Shown here piece after piece: positions 56,336 through 64,000 of a stretch of 64,000 nucleotides of DNA. The notes beneath the pieces were generated by a model. The model was not told where the DNA came from, searched no databases, and saw only the letters and a program-made list of their open reading frames with translations. The stretch comes from Alistipes sp. Its GTDB lineage: Bacteria > Bacteroidota > Bacteroidia > Bacteroidales > Rikenellaceae. Position 1 is the stretch's first letter. Every line of letters begins with the position of its first letter. Both the position numbers and the translations under genes were made by a program. The DNA is taken from positions 31,526-95,525 of the forward strand of contig JAFOHD010000088.1 in NCBI GenBank assembly GCA_017421945.1, read 5' to 3'.

Positions 56336-58741
56336 TTAATCAAAAAATTCATCTGGGGCACTCTGCTGCTGCGATGCTATGTCACCCTCCAGTACCTTAG
56401 GACAGTCGTATGCCTCCCAACCCTCGGGGCGTGAGAACTTGGCATTGCGACTCAGTCCCAGGCGTGGGTCAGCATAGGCACGCTTGAGGAATTCGCCTAC
56501 GATAGGCAGGGCCATCACACTACCTTCTCCTGCCGAGTTGAGGTGTACCGACTGGTCCTCGCCGCCAACCCATGAGCCGGCAACAAGAGTAGGCGTAACG
56601 CACATAAACCACGCATCGCGGTTCTCGTTTGAAGTACCCGTCTTACCTCCAATATCCATATTCTCCATGCCGAACTGCCATGCCAGACGACCTCCCGTAC
56701 CTGCGGTGATTACGCGCTCCAGCATGGTGAGCATGGTGTATGCAGTGTGCTTGTTCACAGCATCCTGTGACTGCGGGATGAAACTCGATATGAGGTTGCC
56801 CTGACGGTCCTCGATGCGAGTCACGAATATCGGGTCGATGTGTACTCCCTCGTTCACAAACGTAGAATAAGCACTCACCAACTCAAATACGTTAGATTCA
56901 AATGCACCCAGACACAACGCATAGGCGGGGTAGATGTAACTCTTTATACCCATGTTGTGCAGGAAGTCGGCAACGGACTCGGGCTGCTTTGCCTGCTTCA
57001 TAATCCACGCCGAGTAGTTATTGCGTGAGTTTGCAAGTCCCCAGTAGAGTGGGTGCTGCACACCGTCATATTCAACCTTTCCCGCCTCCTTGGGTGACCA
57101 TATGCCCGCAGGGGTCTCAATCGACACGGGTAAGTTTGGCGCATAGGTGCATGGCGTAAGACCGAGCTGGTCGATGGCAAAGGTGTATATGAATGGCTTT
57201 ACCGTAGAGCCAATCTGACGCTTGCCCTGCTTAGCCATATCGTACTTGAAGTAGCGGAAGTTGGGGCCTCCCACATAAGCCTTCACATGGCCCGAGCGAG
57301 GGTCCATGGCAACTATGCTGGCACGCATGATGCGCTTGTGGTGGAGGATGGAGTCGCGTGGTGTCATCACCGTGTCGCGCTCGCCCTTGAATGTAAAGAC
57401 GCGCATCTCGCACTTCTCGCCAAATGCCGCCAGAATCTCCTTCTCGGTGGCTCCCGCCTTTCTCATCTCGCGATAGCGGTCGGAGTTCTTCATCGCACGC
57501 TTGATGATAGCTTCACGCTCCTCTGGGGTGATGTCCTGGAATAGCACTCCCGTGGCCTTCACCTGACGGTCCATGCGTGGCTGGATGACACTCTCCATCT
57601 GCTTCTGCACAGCCTCCTCGGCATAGCGCTGCATGGTGGGGTTTATGGTGGTGTAGATACGCAGACCATCGCGATAGATGTTGTATGGTGTGCCGTCGGC
57701 CTTCTCATTCTTCAGACACCAGCCGTAGAGTGGGTTTTCGTCATACTCCTTTACTGCCTGCTCATAATCCCAGTCGGTGAGGAACTGACGGCGTACGGGA
57801 CGCTTGGCGTTCATCACATTACGCAGCATTTCGCGGAAATAGGTGGCCTCACCCTCGTTGTGCGAAATGGGTTTATAGTTGAGCGTGATAGGCAGGGTAG
57901 TGAGTGAGTCGCACTCCTTGTGCGAGATGGCTCCCACCTTGCGCATGCGGTTGATAACCAGGTTACGGCGTGCCAAGGCATTTTCGGGATTGCGCACGGG
58001 AGAGTAGCGTGTGGGGGCATTCACCACACCCACCAGCATGGCAGCCTCCTGAATATTCAACTCATTTGGAGCCTTGCCAAAGAATGTGCTTGCTGCCGAC
58101 TTTATGCCGTAGGCGTTGGAACCATAGGCAACCGTATTGAGATACATCGCCGCAATCTCCTCCTTGGTGTAGTTGTGCTCCAGCTTTAGGGCTGTAATCC
58201 ACTCCTTGAACTTCGACTGCACCAACTTCATTGTGCGTCCAATCTTGCCTCTGTCGCGCACCGTGTCACGAGGGAAGAGGTTCTTTGCCAGCTGCTGAGT
58301 GATGGTTGAGCCACCACCTTGAGAGTGATCTCTCAAAGCGATAGTCTTGATACCTACACGGAAAAGCGAGGGAATATCAATTCCCGAATGGCTGCGGAAA
58401 CGCTCGTCCTCGGTGGCGATGAGTGCGGCCACAACGGGAGGAACATCTCGGCCATCCAGCATGATGTGCTTAGCCGAGTCCTGAGGAAAGAGCTCCTCAT
58501 ACTGCACATATGAGCGGTTCTGTACGAAGAATGTACCTATGACGTGACCGTTGTCACCATAAATCTCGGTGGCAAGGTTGCTCTTAGGATTCTCAAGTTC
58601 CTCGAACGAGGGCATGCGACCAAATACTCCTGTTGCAGCCAGAAAAAGCATGAGAAAGAGCAGTGCAACGGGAGTCATCGTCACCGCCCACATCAACTTG
58701 ACAACCTTGTGTTTATCTTTGAAAAAAGCCTTTATATCCAT
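56336..58741 (-). CDS. mrcA: Class A penicillin-binding protein (PBP1A-like)
   Basis: Transglycosylase motifs EDERF..H.G and GGSTITQQLAKN; transpeptidase motifs GSTVKP, SRN and KTGT. Confidence 0.9.
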   Translation of the reverse strand: MDIKAFFKDKHKVVKLMWAVTMTPVALLFLMLFLAATGVFGRMPSFEELENPKSNLATEIYGDNGHVIGTFFVQNRSYVQYEELFPQDSAKHIMLDGRDVPPVVAALIATEDERFRSHSGIDIPSLFRVGIKTIALRDHSQGGGSTITQQLAKNLFPRDTVRDRGKIGRTMKLVQSKFKEWITALKLEHNYTKEEIAAMYLNTVAYGSNAYGIKSAASTFFGKAPNELNIQEAAMLVGVVNAPTRYSPVRNPENALARRNLVINRMRKVGAISHKECDSLTTLPITLNYKPISHNEGEATYFREMLRNVMNAKRPVRRQFLTDWDYEQAVKEYDENPLYGWCLKNEKADGTPYNIYRDGLRIYTTINPTMQRYAEEAVQKQMESVIQPRMDRQVKATGVLFQDITPEEREAIIKRAMKNSDRYREMRKAGATEKEILAAFGEKCEMRVFTFKGERDTVMTPRDSILHHKRIMRASIVAMDPRSGHVKAYVGGPNFRYFKYDMAKQGKRQIGSTVKPFIYTFAIDQLGLTPCTYAPNLPVSIETPAGIWSPKEAGKVEYDGVQHPLYWGLANSRNNYSAWIMKQAKQPESVADFLHNMGIKSYIYPAYALCLGAFESNVFELVSAYSTFVNEGVHIDPIFVTRIEDRQGNLISSFIPQSQDAVNKHTAYTMLTMLERVITAGTGGRLAWQFGMENMDIGGKTGTSNENRDAWFMCVTPTLVAGSWVGGEDQSVHLNSAGEGSVMALPIVGEFLKRAYADPRLGLSRNAKFSRPEGWEAYDCPKVLEGDIASQQQSAPDEFFD

Positions 58742-58814
58742 AATTAAACTCTTTACGCTTGCTAATAACGTACAAAGATACTATTTATTAATTCAAAATT
58801 CAAAATTTTAGGCT

Positions 58815-61784
58815 TTAGAACGGTAGCTCCATGCCCATGCCGAAGAATAATCCACCCTCGCTGGGTCGGTAAACCGAGAATTTAAGAGCTGTTGTAGCGG
58901 CTGCGGGCTGACTCAAAAGATTGACATCCAAAATCAGGTCTGCGCCAAAAGAGTTAAGCTTGTGCCAGCGGTGACTGAAGCCTTCCTCGGGATGAAAACT
59001 TGTATGTTGGAACTGTGCAATGTCAAAGCCTGCGTTCAATCTCACTCGTTTGAAGTAGATTATACCATTCCAGCCGCCATCGGGATACCAGACGGGGAGC
59101 TGGTAGTTGAGCGACAATGCCATATAGTTGTGGTTACTAATCTGTGACGAGTCAAATCCTCGGGGCAGGAGTTTGGTGGATTTGAAACTCAGGGCCGAGA
59201 CAGCATCGTCGCTGTGGAATCCTCCGAATGAATTTTGGTACGCCAGTGCCACTGTAAGGCTGTTGTGGGGCATGAATCCCGGAGTGAATAACTTGGCATA
59301 TACCGCAGCTAGGTCGCTAAAACTGCCATTTGCAGGGTTTGTGGCGTATGTGGCCGAGGCAATGACTCCCCAGCGGGGAGCGAAGTCACGATGTGCCATG
59401 CGCACCATGTCCTGATAGGTAAGCGAGAACTGCGTAAGGTGCATTCCCTCCTTGTAACCGATGGTGGCAATATTGCTTATTCCATCTTCAAATTTGAACT
59501 TGCCCGTGTTGGCAACAAGACCATTTGAAAATTCCCAACCTGCTGAAGCAACCAGATAGCGGGTGTGGTAACCTCGCTGAAATATAAGCGGAAGCGATAG
59601 ATTTACTCCCACAGAGTAAAACTTGCCTCGTGCTGGTGGCTCGGGGAACTCAGGCTTGTGCGTGTCGGGATTATGTGTGTAGATAGGATATATGTTTTGA
59701 CGACCTCCATATGAGGCATTAAGGCTGATTATAGGACCCAAGCCATAGTATCGCAGTGCGCCCTTGAATATATGTCCGCTCTTACCGCTATAACCATAGC
59801 TAAGGAATCCCTGCATTGATGAGAGCAGATTCTGGGTCATGGCTGTTGCGCCTGCATTGATACTGATGGTACTGCTTTCGCTGAGCGAGAATGGGTCGTA
59901 CGATAGCGGAGCCCAACTGTGAAAGTTGAAAAGCGTCAAGGCCTTACGATAGCGGCGTGTGCTCTTCGCTGAGCTATCCAACTGTTGCTGCGAAGGTGTA
60001 ATGCTTACCGTGTCGAGGTTCATAATGCCCCACTTTTTGCGTGGTGGATTGACTACATTGAGGGGAAGTTTATGGAACTCGACCTCGCTCTGCACCTTAT
60101 CCATAGATTGCAGGGCAGGATGATAACCTTTCGAATCATAGGTTGTCATCAGCACCTTGTCGCCGGCAGGTGCGGGGTCAAACGAGCCGAAAGTGGACTC
60201 CGAGATTTGATACTCCTTGTTTGTTTGCAAATCGTAGCAATGCACCTCATCCTTACCCGAAGCAATTGAGCCAAAATAGAGTTTGCCGTTTTCGGCTCGC
60301 AACTTGCTCAGTGTGATATATGCCGGGCGGGTTAGAGGTGTGATGTTTAGCTTGTTGTCGATGCGCGCCAGCCACATACCTTCGTCAGAGGTGATGATGC
60401 CGTAATGCTGACGTGTGAGGTTATCCCATGCAAGCGAGTGTACTTCCTGACCAAAAGGCAGTGAGAAGGATTGCTCCTTGCCATCGCATAGTCGGTGATG
60501 GAACGAGTAGATGCCGCTGGTCTGGTACTCAATCCACGCCAGACCGCCCTCATCGTCGGGGGTGGGGTATAGAATATTCCTTCCGTACATGTGCGCTGTG
60601 CGAGGACGTTTGCGCTCAAGGTCTAAATAGCACAGTTTCGACTTTACCTTCTGCTCGAACATTAGGCTGCGGCGATACTCGGTCCACCACAGACGATTAT
60701 TTATCTTGTCGTAGGTGGGGCGTGTCGCAATACTACCCGTGTAGCATAATCTCTGCTCCTTGCCTGTCTGTGGGTCAAGTGATACTATGTGGTCGGCAGT
60801 ATCCAAGCTGCGCTTCTGTGCTATGACTTTGCCATTGACCCATATAGGATTAGAATATGTGGTATAGCTCGACACTTTGGGCGTGGGGAGCATCTGGCTA
60901 CTATTTTCTGCGTGAGGCAGTGATTTCCAGAATGAGTTTAGGTATGAGAATGTTTCACGAAACAGAGTGTTTGTCGAGAACCCGAACAAATGCTTCATGC
61001 GCCAGTTCTCTGAGATGAATGTCCAGGGGTGACGTGCTCCATAAGATGCCATATCGTTTGCTATGACTCTGCCTGCAAGCTCATTGCCGTGTGCCACCAT
61101 CTGGTATCCAAGCTGATAGTGGTCGGGGATGAAGTCGCGATAAGAACCACAGAACATTTTGTCGGGATTGCGGTATTTGTTGGCAATGTCGCCCATGGCG
61201 CGATACTCCAGCGTGAAACGTGGTTGCAGGGCACGACCATACGACGAGGCCTGTGTCTCGCACATCGTAGCATCTCCCTCCATCATCCATAGTGGCATGA
61301 AGATAAGACCTATGGTGGAGCTCTGCTCGCCCAAGAGGTAGTTAAGGAACTTGATGAAACCTACGTTGAGGTTGTTGTATTGTGCGGCGTGGCGATATTC
61401 GTGTGCTACAAGCTGCTTGAGCCAGGGCATCGAGTAACTATCGATGGATGGTGTTGAAAGAAACTCGACACGCTTGGGTAGCCACATCACCAGCCCGTTT
61501 GAACTCATGTTCTCGGGGTGGATGACAAATGGCAGATTTAGTGGAGGTAGGCTAAATCCGTAATCAATGTATGGCCGCATGCGATCGGTGAGGTAGAGTG
61601 TCGTAAGTCCTATTCGTTCAGCTTCTGTCGGGTATATTACCCTTGCTTTTTCAGCTTTGGACTCCAGCCACTTGAAACGCACAGGGTCAGCACCCCAGCT
61701 GTAATATTGAGCATACGATAACGCGACACTCATCGCAAAGACAAGTGTCAATACCAATGTTTTTATCAGCGTGCCCTGTCGCAT
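58815..61784 (-). CDS. Large exported/outer-membrane protein: HExxH gluzincin-like domain, beta-propeller and C-terminal beta-barrel (Omp85-like architecture)
   Basis: Signal peptide, AHEYRH...WMMEGDA, TolB-like propeller repeats, a C-terminal amphipathic beta-strand region with PRGF, and a terminal Phe. Confidence 0.55.
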   Translation of the reverse strand: MRQGTLIKTLVLTLVFAMSVALSYAQYYSWGADPVRFKWLESKAEKARVIYPTEAERIGLTTLYLTDRMRPYIDYGFSLPPLNLPFVIHPENMSSNGLVMWLPKRVEFLSTPSIDSYSMPWLKQLVAHEYRHAAQYNNLNVGFIKFLNYLLGEQSSTIGLIFMPLWMMEGDATMCETQASSYGRALQPRFTLEYRAMGDIANKYRNPDKMFCGSYRDFIPDHYQLGYQMVAHGNELAGRVIANDMASYGARHPWTFISENWRMKHLFGFSTNTLFRETFSYLNSFWKSLPHAENSSQMLPTPKVSSYTTYSNPIWVNGKVIAQKRSLDTADHIVSLDPQTGKEQRLCYTGSIATRPTYDKINNRLWWTEYRRSLMFEQKVKSKLCYLDLERKRPRTAHMYGRNILYPTPDDEGGLAWIEYQTSGIYSFHHRLCDGKEQSFSLPFGQEVHSLAWDNLTRQHYGIITSDEGMWLARIDNKLNITPLTRPAYITLSKLRAENGKLYFGSIASGKDEVHCYDLQTNKEYQISESTFGSFDPAPAGDKVLMTTYDSKGYHPALQSMDKVQSEVEFHKLPLNVVNPPRKKWGIMNLDTVSITPSQQQLDSSAKSTRRYRKALTLFNFHSWAPLSYDPFSLSESSTISINAGATAMTQNLLSSMQGFLSYGYSGKSGHIFKGALRYYGLGPIISLNASYGGRQNIYPIYTHNPDTHKPEFPEPPARGKFYSVGVNLSLPLIFQRGYHTRYLVASAGWEFSNGLVANTGKFKFEDGISNIATIGYKEGMHLTQFSLTYQDMVRMAHRDFAPRWGVIASATYATNPANGSFSDLAAVYAKLFTPGFMPHNSLTVALAYQNSFGGFHSDDAVSALSFKSTKLLPRGFDSSQISNHNYMALSLNYQLPVWYPDGGWNGIIYFKRVRLNAGFDIAQFQHTSFHPEEGFSHRWHKLNSFGADLILDVNLLSQPAAATTALKFSVYRPSEGGLFFGMGMELPF

Positions 61785-62125
61785 CAGCTTCCCGCTTTCT
61801 TACATTTGTAACCCGCAGCGATGAGCAACTCCACCACGCGGTCGCGGTGGTCACCCTGAATGATAATCTCACCCTCTTTCACCGAGCCGCCTACGCCGCA
61901 CTTGCTCTTGAGCATACGTCCCAGCTCGGCCAGGTCATCATCCGTGCCGACAAACCCCTTCACGAGAGTTACGCTCTTGCCCCCGCGTTGCTTGCGGTCG
62001 AGCCATACACGCAGGTTCTGTTGCGAGGGTGCAAGTGTTGTGGCCTCCTGCTCCTGCTGTGTGGAGTATTCAAAGTCGGGATTTGTGGAGTAAACCATTC
62101 CCAGGCGTTGTTTCCAATCGTTCAT
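61784..62125 (-). CDS. yciH: SUI1/YciH translation initiation factor
   Basis: Motifs [24 protein letters not shown] and IQGD. Confidence 0.9.
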   Translation of the reverse strand: MNDWKQRLGMVYSTNPDFEYSTQQEQEATTLAPSQQNLRVWLDRKQRGGKSVTLVKGFVGTDDDLAELGRMLKSKCGVGGSVKEGEIIIQGDHRDRVVELLIAAGYKCKKAGS

Positions 62126-62254
62126 AATTTCACTTTTTACTGAAACACTTGGGAACAAAGTAGTATAAAATTGCCCCTTTCGTTGGTTTCCTTATATAAA
62201 ACGTGGGTTAATATTTGGTGCAAAATTACAATTTTGTTATATTTACAACAAATT

Positions 62255-63316
62255 ATGAAACGCTCAAAAGTTGAAAAATTTATAAATGAGCCCCAAATGC
62301 GTCAACAATGGACGCAAAATTACATTCCACCCACCGAGGTGGACGATGGGCGCGAGAAGGTGAATGTCTTTGTCGAGGGTTACGAAGATGTCGCTTTTTG
62401 GCGTGCCATATTCGACCACTTTGAGAATCCTTATCTGCGTTTTGAAATATCGGTACCCAATCGAGAGGATTTGCCTAAGGGCAAGAAGGTGCTGATGTCG
62501 ATGATTCCCAAGTCGAGCGAGTATATGCTTCTGTGTGTGGATTCCGACTTCGACTACTTGTTTGGCGACAGGACCGAGCAGGCGCGTGAGATTTGCCAGG
62601 CCGAGTATATGTTCCACACCTACACCTATGCCACCGAGAACTATCTTTGCTATGCACCCTCGCTGCACAATGTGTGTGTGAAGGCTACCAAGAACGACAG
62701 TCATATATTTGATTTTGTGGAGTTTATGGCGGCGTATTCGCGCACTATATATCCGCTGTTCTTGTGGTATGCCTACTCGGCGCAGCTCTCCTACGAATCG
62801 GTATTCCCGCTTGTGGATTTCAAGAACACGGTGCGCCTGGGGTATCTTGAAATTGAGAACAACGGAGCCGACACCATTGCATGGCTTGAGCGTCAGGTGG
62901 CACGTAAGCTCGCACGTCTGGAACAGCATAATCCGCGCATGGCGGCCGAGATGCCCTCGTTTGCCGAGTATCTGCGGCAGAAGGGTGTCGAGCCTGAGAA
63001 TACATATCTTTTCATGCACGGTCACACGCTGATGGATAATGTGGTGATGATAGTGCTGAACACGGTCTGTGACCGTTTGCGCCAGATGTCCATTGCCAAG
63101 ATTAACTCATCAAGCAAGACGGGCCTGCCGCTTAAGAACGAACTGAGCAACTACATCAACACCCTGCGTTCTACGCGCGATGTGTTGCTTGATAATGAGA
63201 ACTACACCTCGTGTCCGCTGTATCAGAAGCTGAAGGCCGACATCGAAAGGTATCTGATGCGTACCATAGCGAAGATAAAGGCGCAGCGCGAGAGTGTGAA
63301 AATAAGCCACAAGTGA
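62255..63316 (+). CDS. DUF4435-domain (TOPRIM-like) protein
   Basis: Motifs VFVEGYEDVAFW, CVDSDFD, TYATENY and HGHTL. Confidence 0.75.
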   Translation: MKRSKVEKFINEPQMRQQWTQNYIPPTEVDDGREKVNVFVEGYEDVAFWRAIFDHFENPYLRFEISVPNREDLPKGKKVLMSMIPKSSEYMLLCVDSDFDYLFGDRTEQAREICQAEYMFHTYTYATENYLCYAPSLHNVCVKATKNDSHIFDFVEFMAAYSRTIYPLFLWYAYSAQLSYESVFPLVDFKNTVRLGYLEIENNGADTIAWLERQVARKLARLEQHNPRMAAEMPSFAEYLRQKGVEPENTYLFMHGHTLMDNVVMIVLNTVCDRLRQMSIAKINSSSKTGLPLKNELSNYINTLRSTRDVLLDNENYTSCPLYQKLKADIERYLMRTIAKIKAQRESVKISHK

Positions 63317-63321
63317 TAGTT

Positions 63322-63795
63322 ATGGCAGAGGAGTTAATCATAGCCCAGGGAGGTAAACATGAGCGTTACTCGTTGCTCTACAAGCAGATTGCAGCGTTGA
63401 TGGAGGGCGAGAGTGACCAGATAGCCAACATGGCCAATGTGGCGGCAATGATACACGTCACATTCGGTTTTTGGTGGACCGGATTCTATCGGGTTCAGGG
63501 CGAAGAACTTGTGCTGGGGCCGTTTCAAGGACCGTTGGCGTGCAGTCGCATAAGGTATGGTCGCGGCGTGTGTGGCACGGCGTGGCGTGAGGCTGTGACA
63601 CAGGTGGTGGAGGATGTGGAACTATTCCCCGGTCATATAGCTTGCAGTAGCCTGTCCCGTAGTGAGATAGTTGTGCCCGTGTGGCAGGGTGGTGAAATAG
63701 TTGCAGTGCTGGATATCGACAGCGAGCATCTCGCCACGTTTGATGATGTGGATAGGCAGTGGTTGGAGCAGATTGTAAAACTGTTTGATAGGTAG
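63322..63795 (+). CDS. msrC: GAF-domain protein, free methionine-(R)-sulfoxide reductase-like
   Basis: Motifs WTGFY, LGPFQG..AC, GRGVCG, FPGHIAC, SEIVVP, VLDIDS and FDD.D. Confidence 0.85.
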   Translation: MAEELIIAQGGKHERYSLLYKQIAALMEGESDQIANMANVAAMIHVTFGFWWTGFYRVQGEELVLGPFQGPLACSRIRYGRGVCGTAWREAVTQVVEDVELFPGHIACSSLSRSEIVVPVWQGGEIVAVLDIDSEHLATFDDVDRQWLEQIVKLFDR

Positions 63796-63813
63796 ATAAG
63801 AATTATAAAAAAT

Positions 63814-63847
63814 ATGAGGGTGCCCCAAAACGGGAGCACCCTCATTT
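63814..63847. terminator. Bidirectional terminator
   Basis: Stem atgagggtgc/gcaccctcat between convergent genes. Confidence 0.75.
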
Positions 63848-63865
63848 AAGTATAATCAACTTCTG

Positions 63866-64000
63866 TTAGATAGCCTTTGTATCGTAAAGAATCTGGTTTA
63901 CCTTGCGCACAGCAGCAGCCGATGCCTCGAACTTCTCCTGCTCCTCCTTTGTGAGGTCAATCTTCACAATCTTCTCGATACCCTTGCGGCCGATAACCAC
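63866..64000 (-). CDS. mdh: Malate dehydrogenase (LDH-like), C-terminal fragment
   Basis: Manual translation VVIGRKGIEKIVKIDLTKEEQEKFEASAAAVRKVNQILYDTKAI* resembles an MDH/LDH C-terminus. Confidence 0.75.
   Translation of the reverse strand: MVIGRKGIEKIVKIDLTKEEQEKFEASAAAVRKVNQILYDTKAI

Noticed and set aside
58790-58810. Heptamer tandem aattcaa-aattcaa-aatttta between PBP1A and the large OM protein
   Set aside because: Only about three imperfect units in AT-rich intergenic DNA; too weak to call functional.

Overview
A 64-kb stretch of chromosome from a Bacteroidales organism, probably Rikenellaceae/Alistipes-like. That assignment is inferred from the gene content and from recurrent TAnnTTTG promoter boxes. 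Most of the window is housekeeping: murA, rlmD, trmD, lpxB, gdhA, mreBCD-mrdA-rodA, gpsA-pgi, tsaC/sua5, yebC, asd, PBP1A, yciH and the 3' end of mdh. It also carries tRNA-Thr(CGT), tRNA-Leu(GAG), peptidases (M16, S46, a retropepsin-like protein), scattered glycan hydrolases, an isolated Wza-Wzz-WecA trio and three closely spaced GtaA ('glutaminase A')-like six-hairpin proteins. I saw no integrase, transposase, prophage or CRISPR array. The two strongest unexplained signals are non-coding. (1) A ~290-nt leader (35400-35706) in front of an AT-rich two-gene cassette folds into two hairpins, and their large loops are complementary to each other in short periodic blocks. (2) A ~110-bp palindromic element occurs three times, each time just after a stop codon, with compensatory base changes between copies. 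All calls come from reading motifs by eye; no database searches or folding programs were run.
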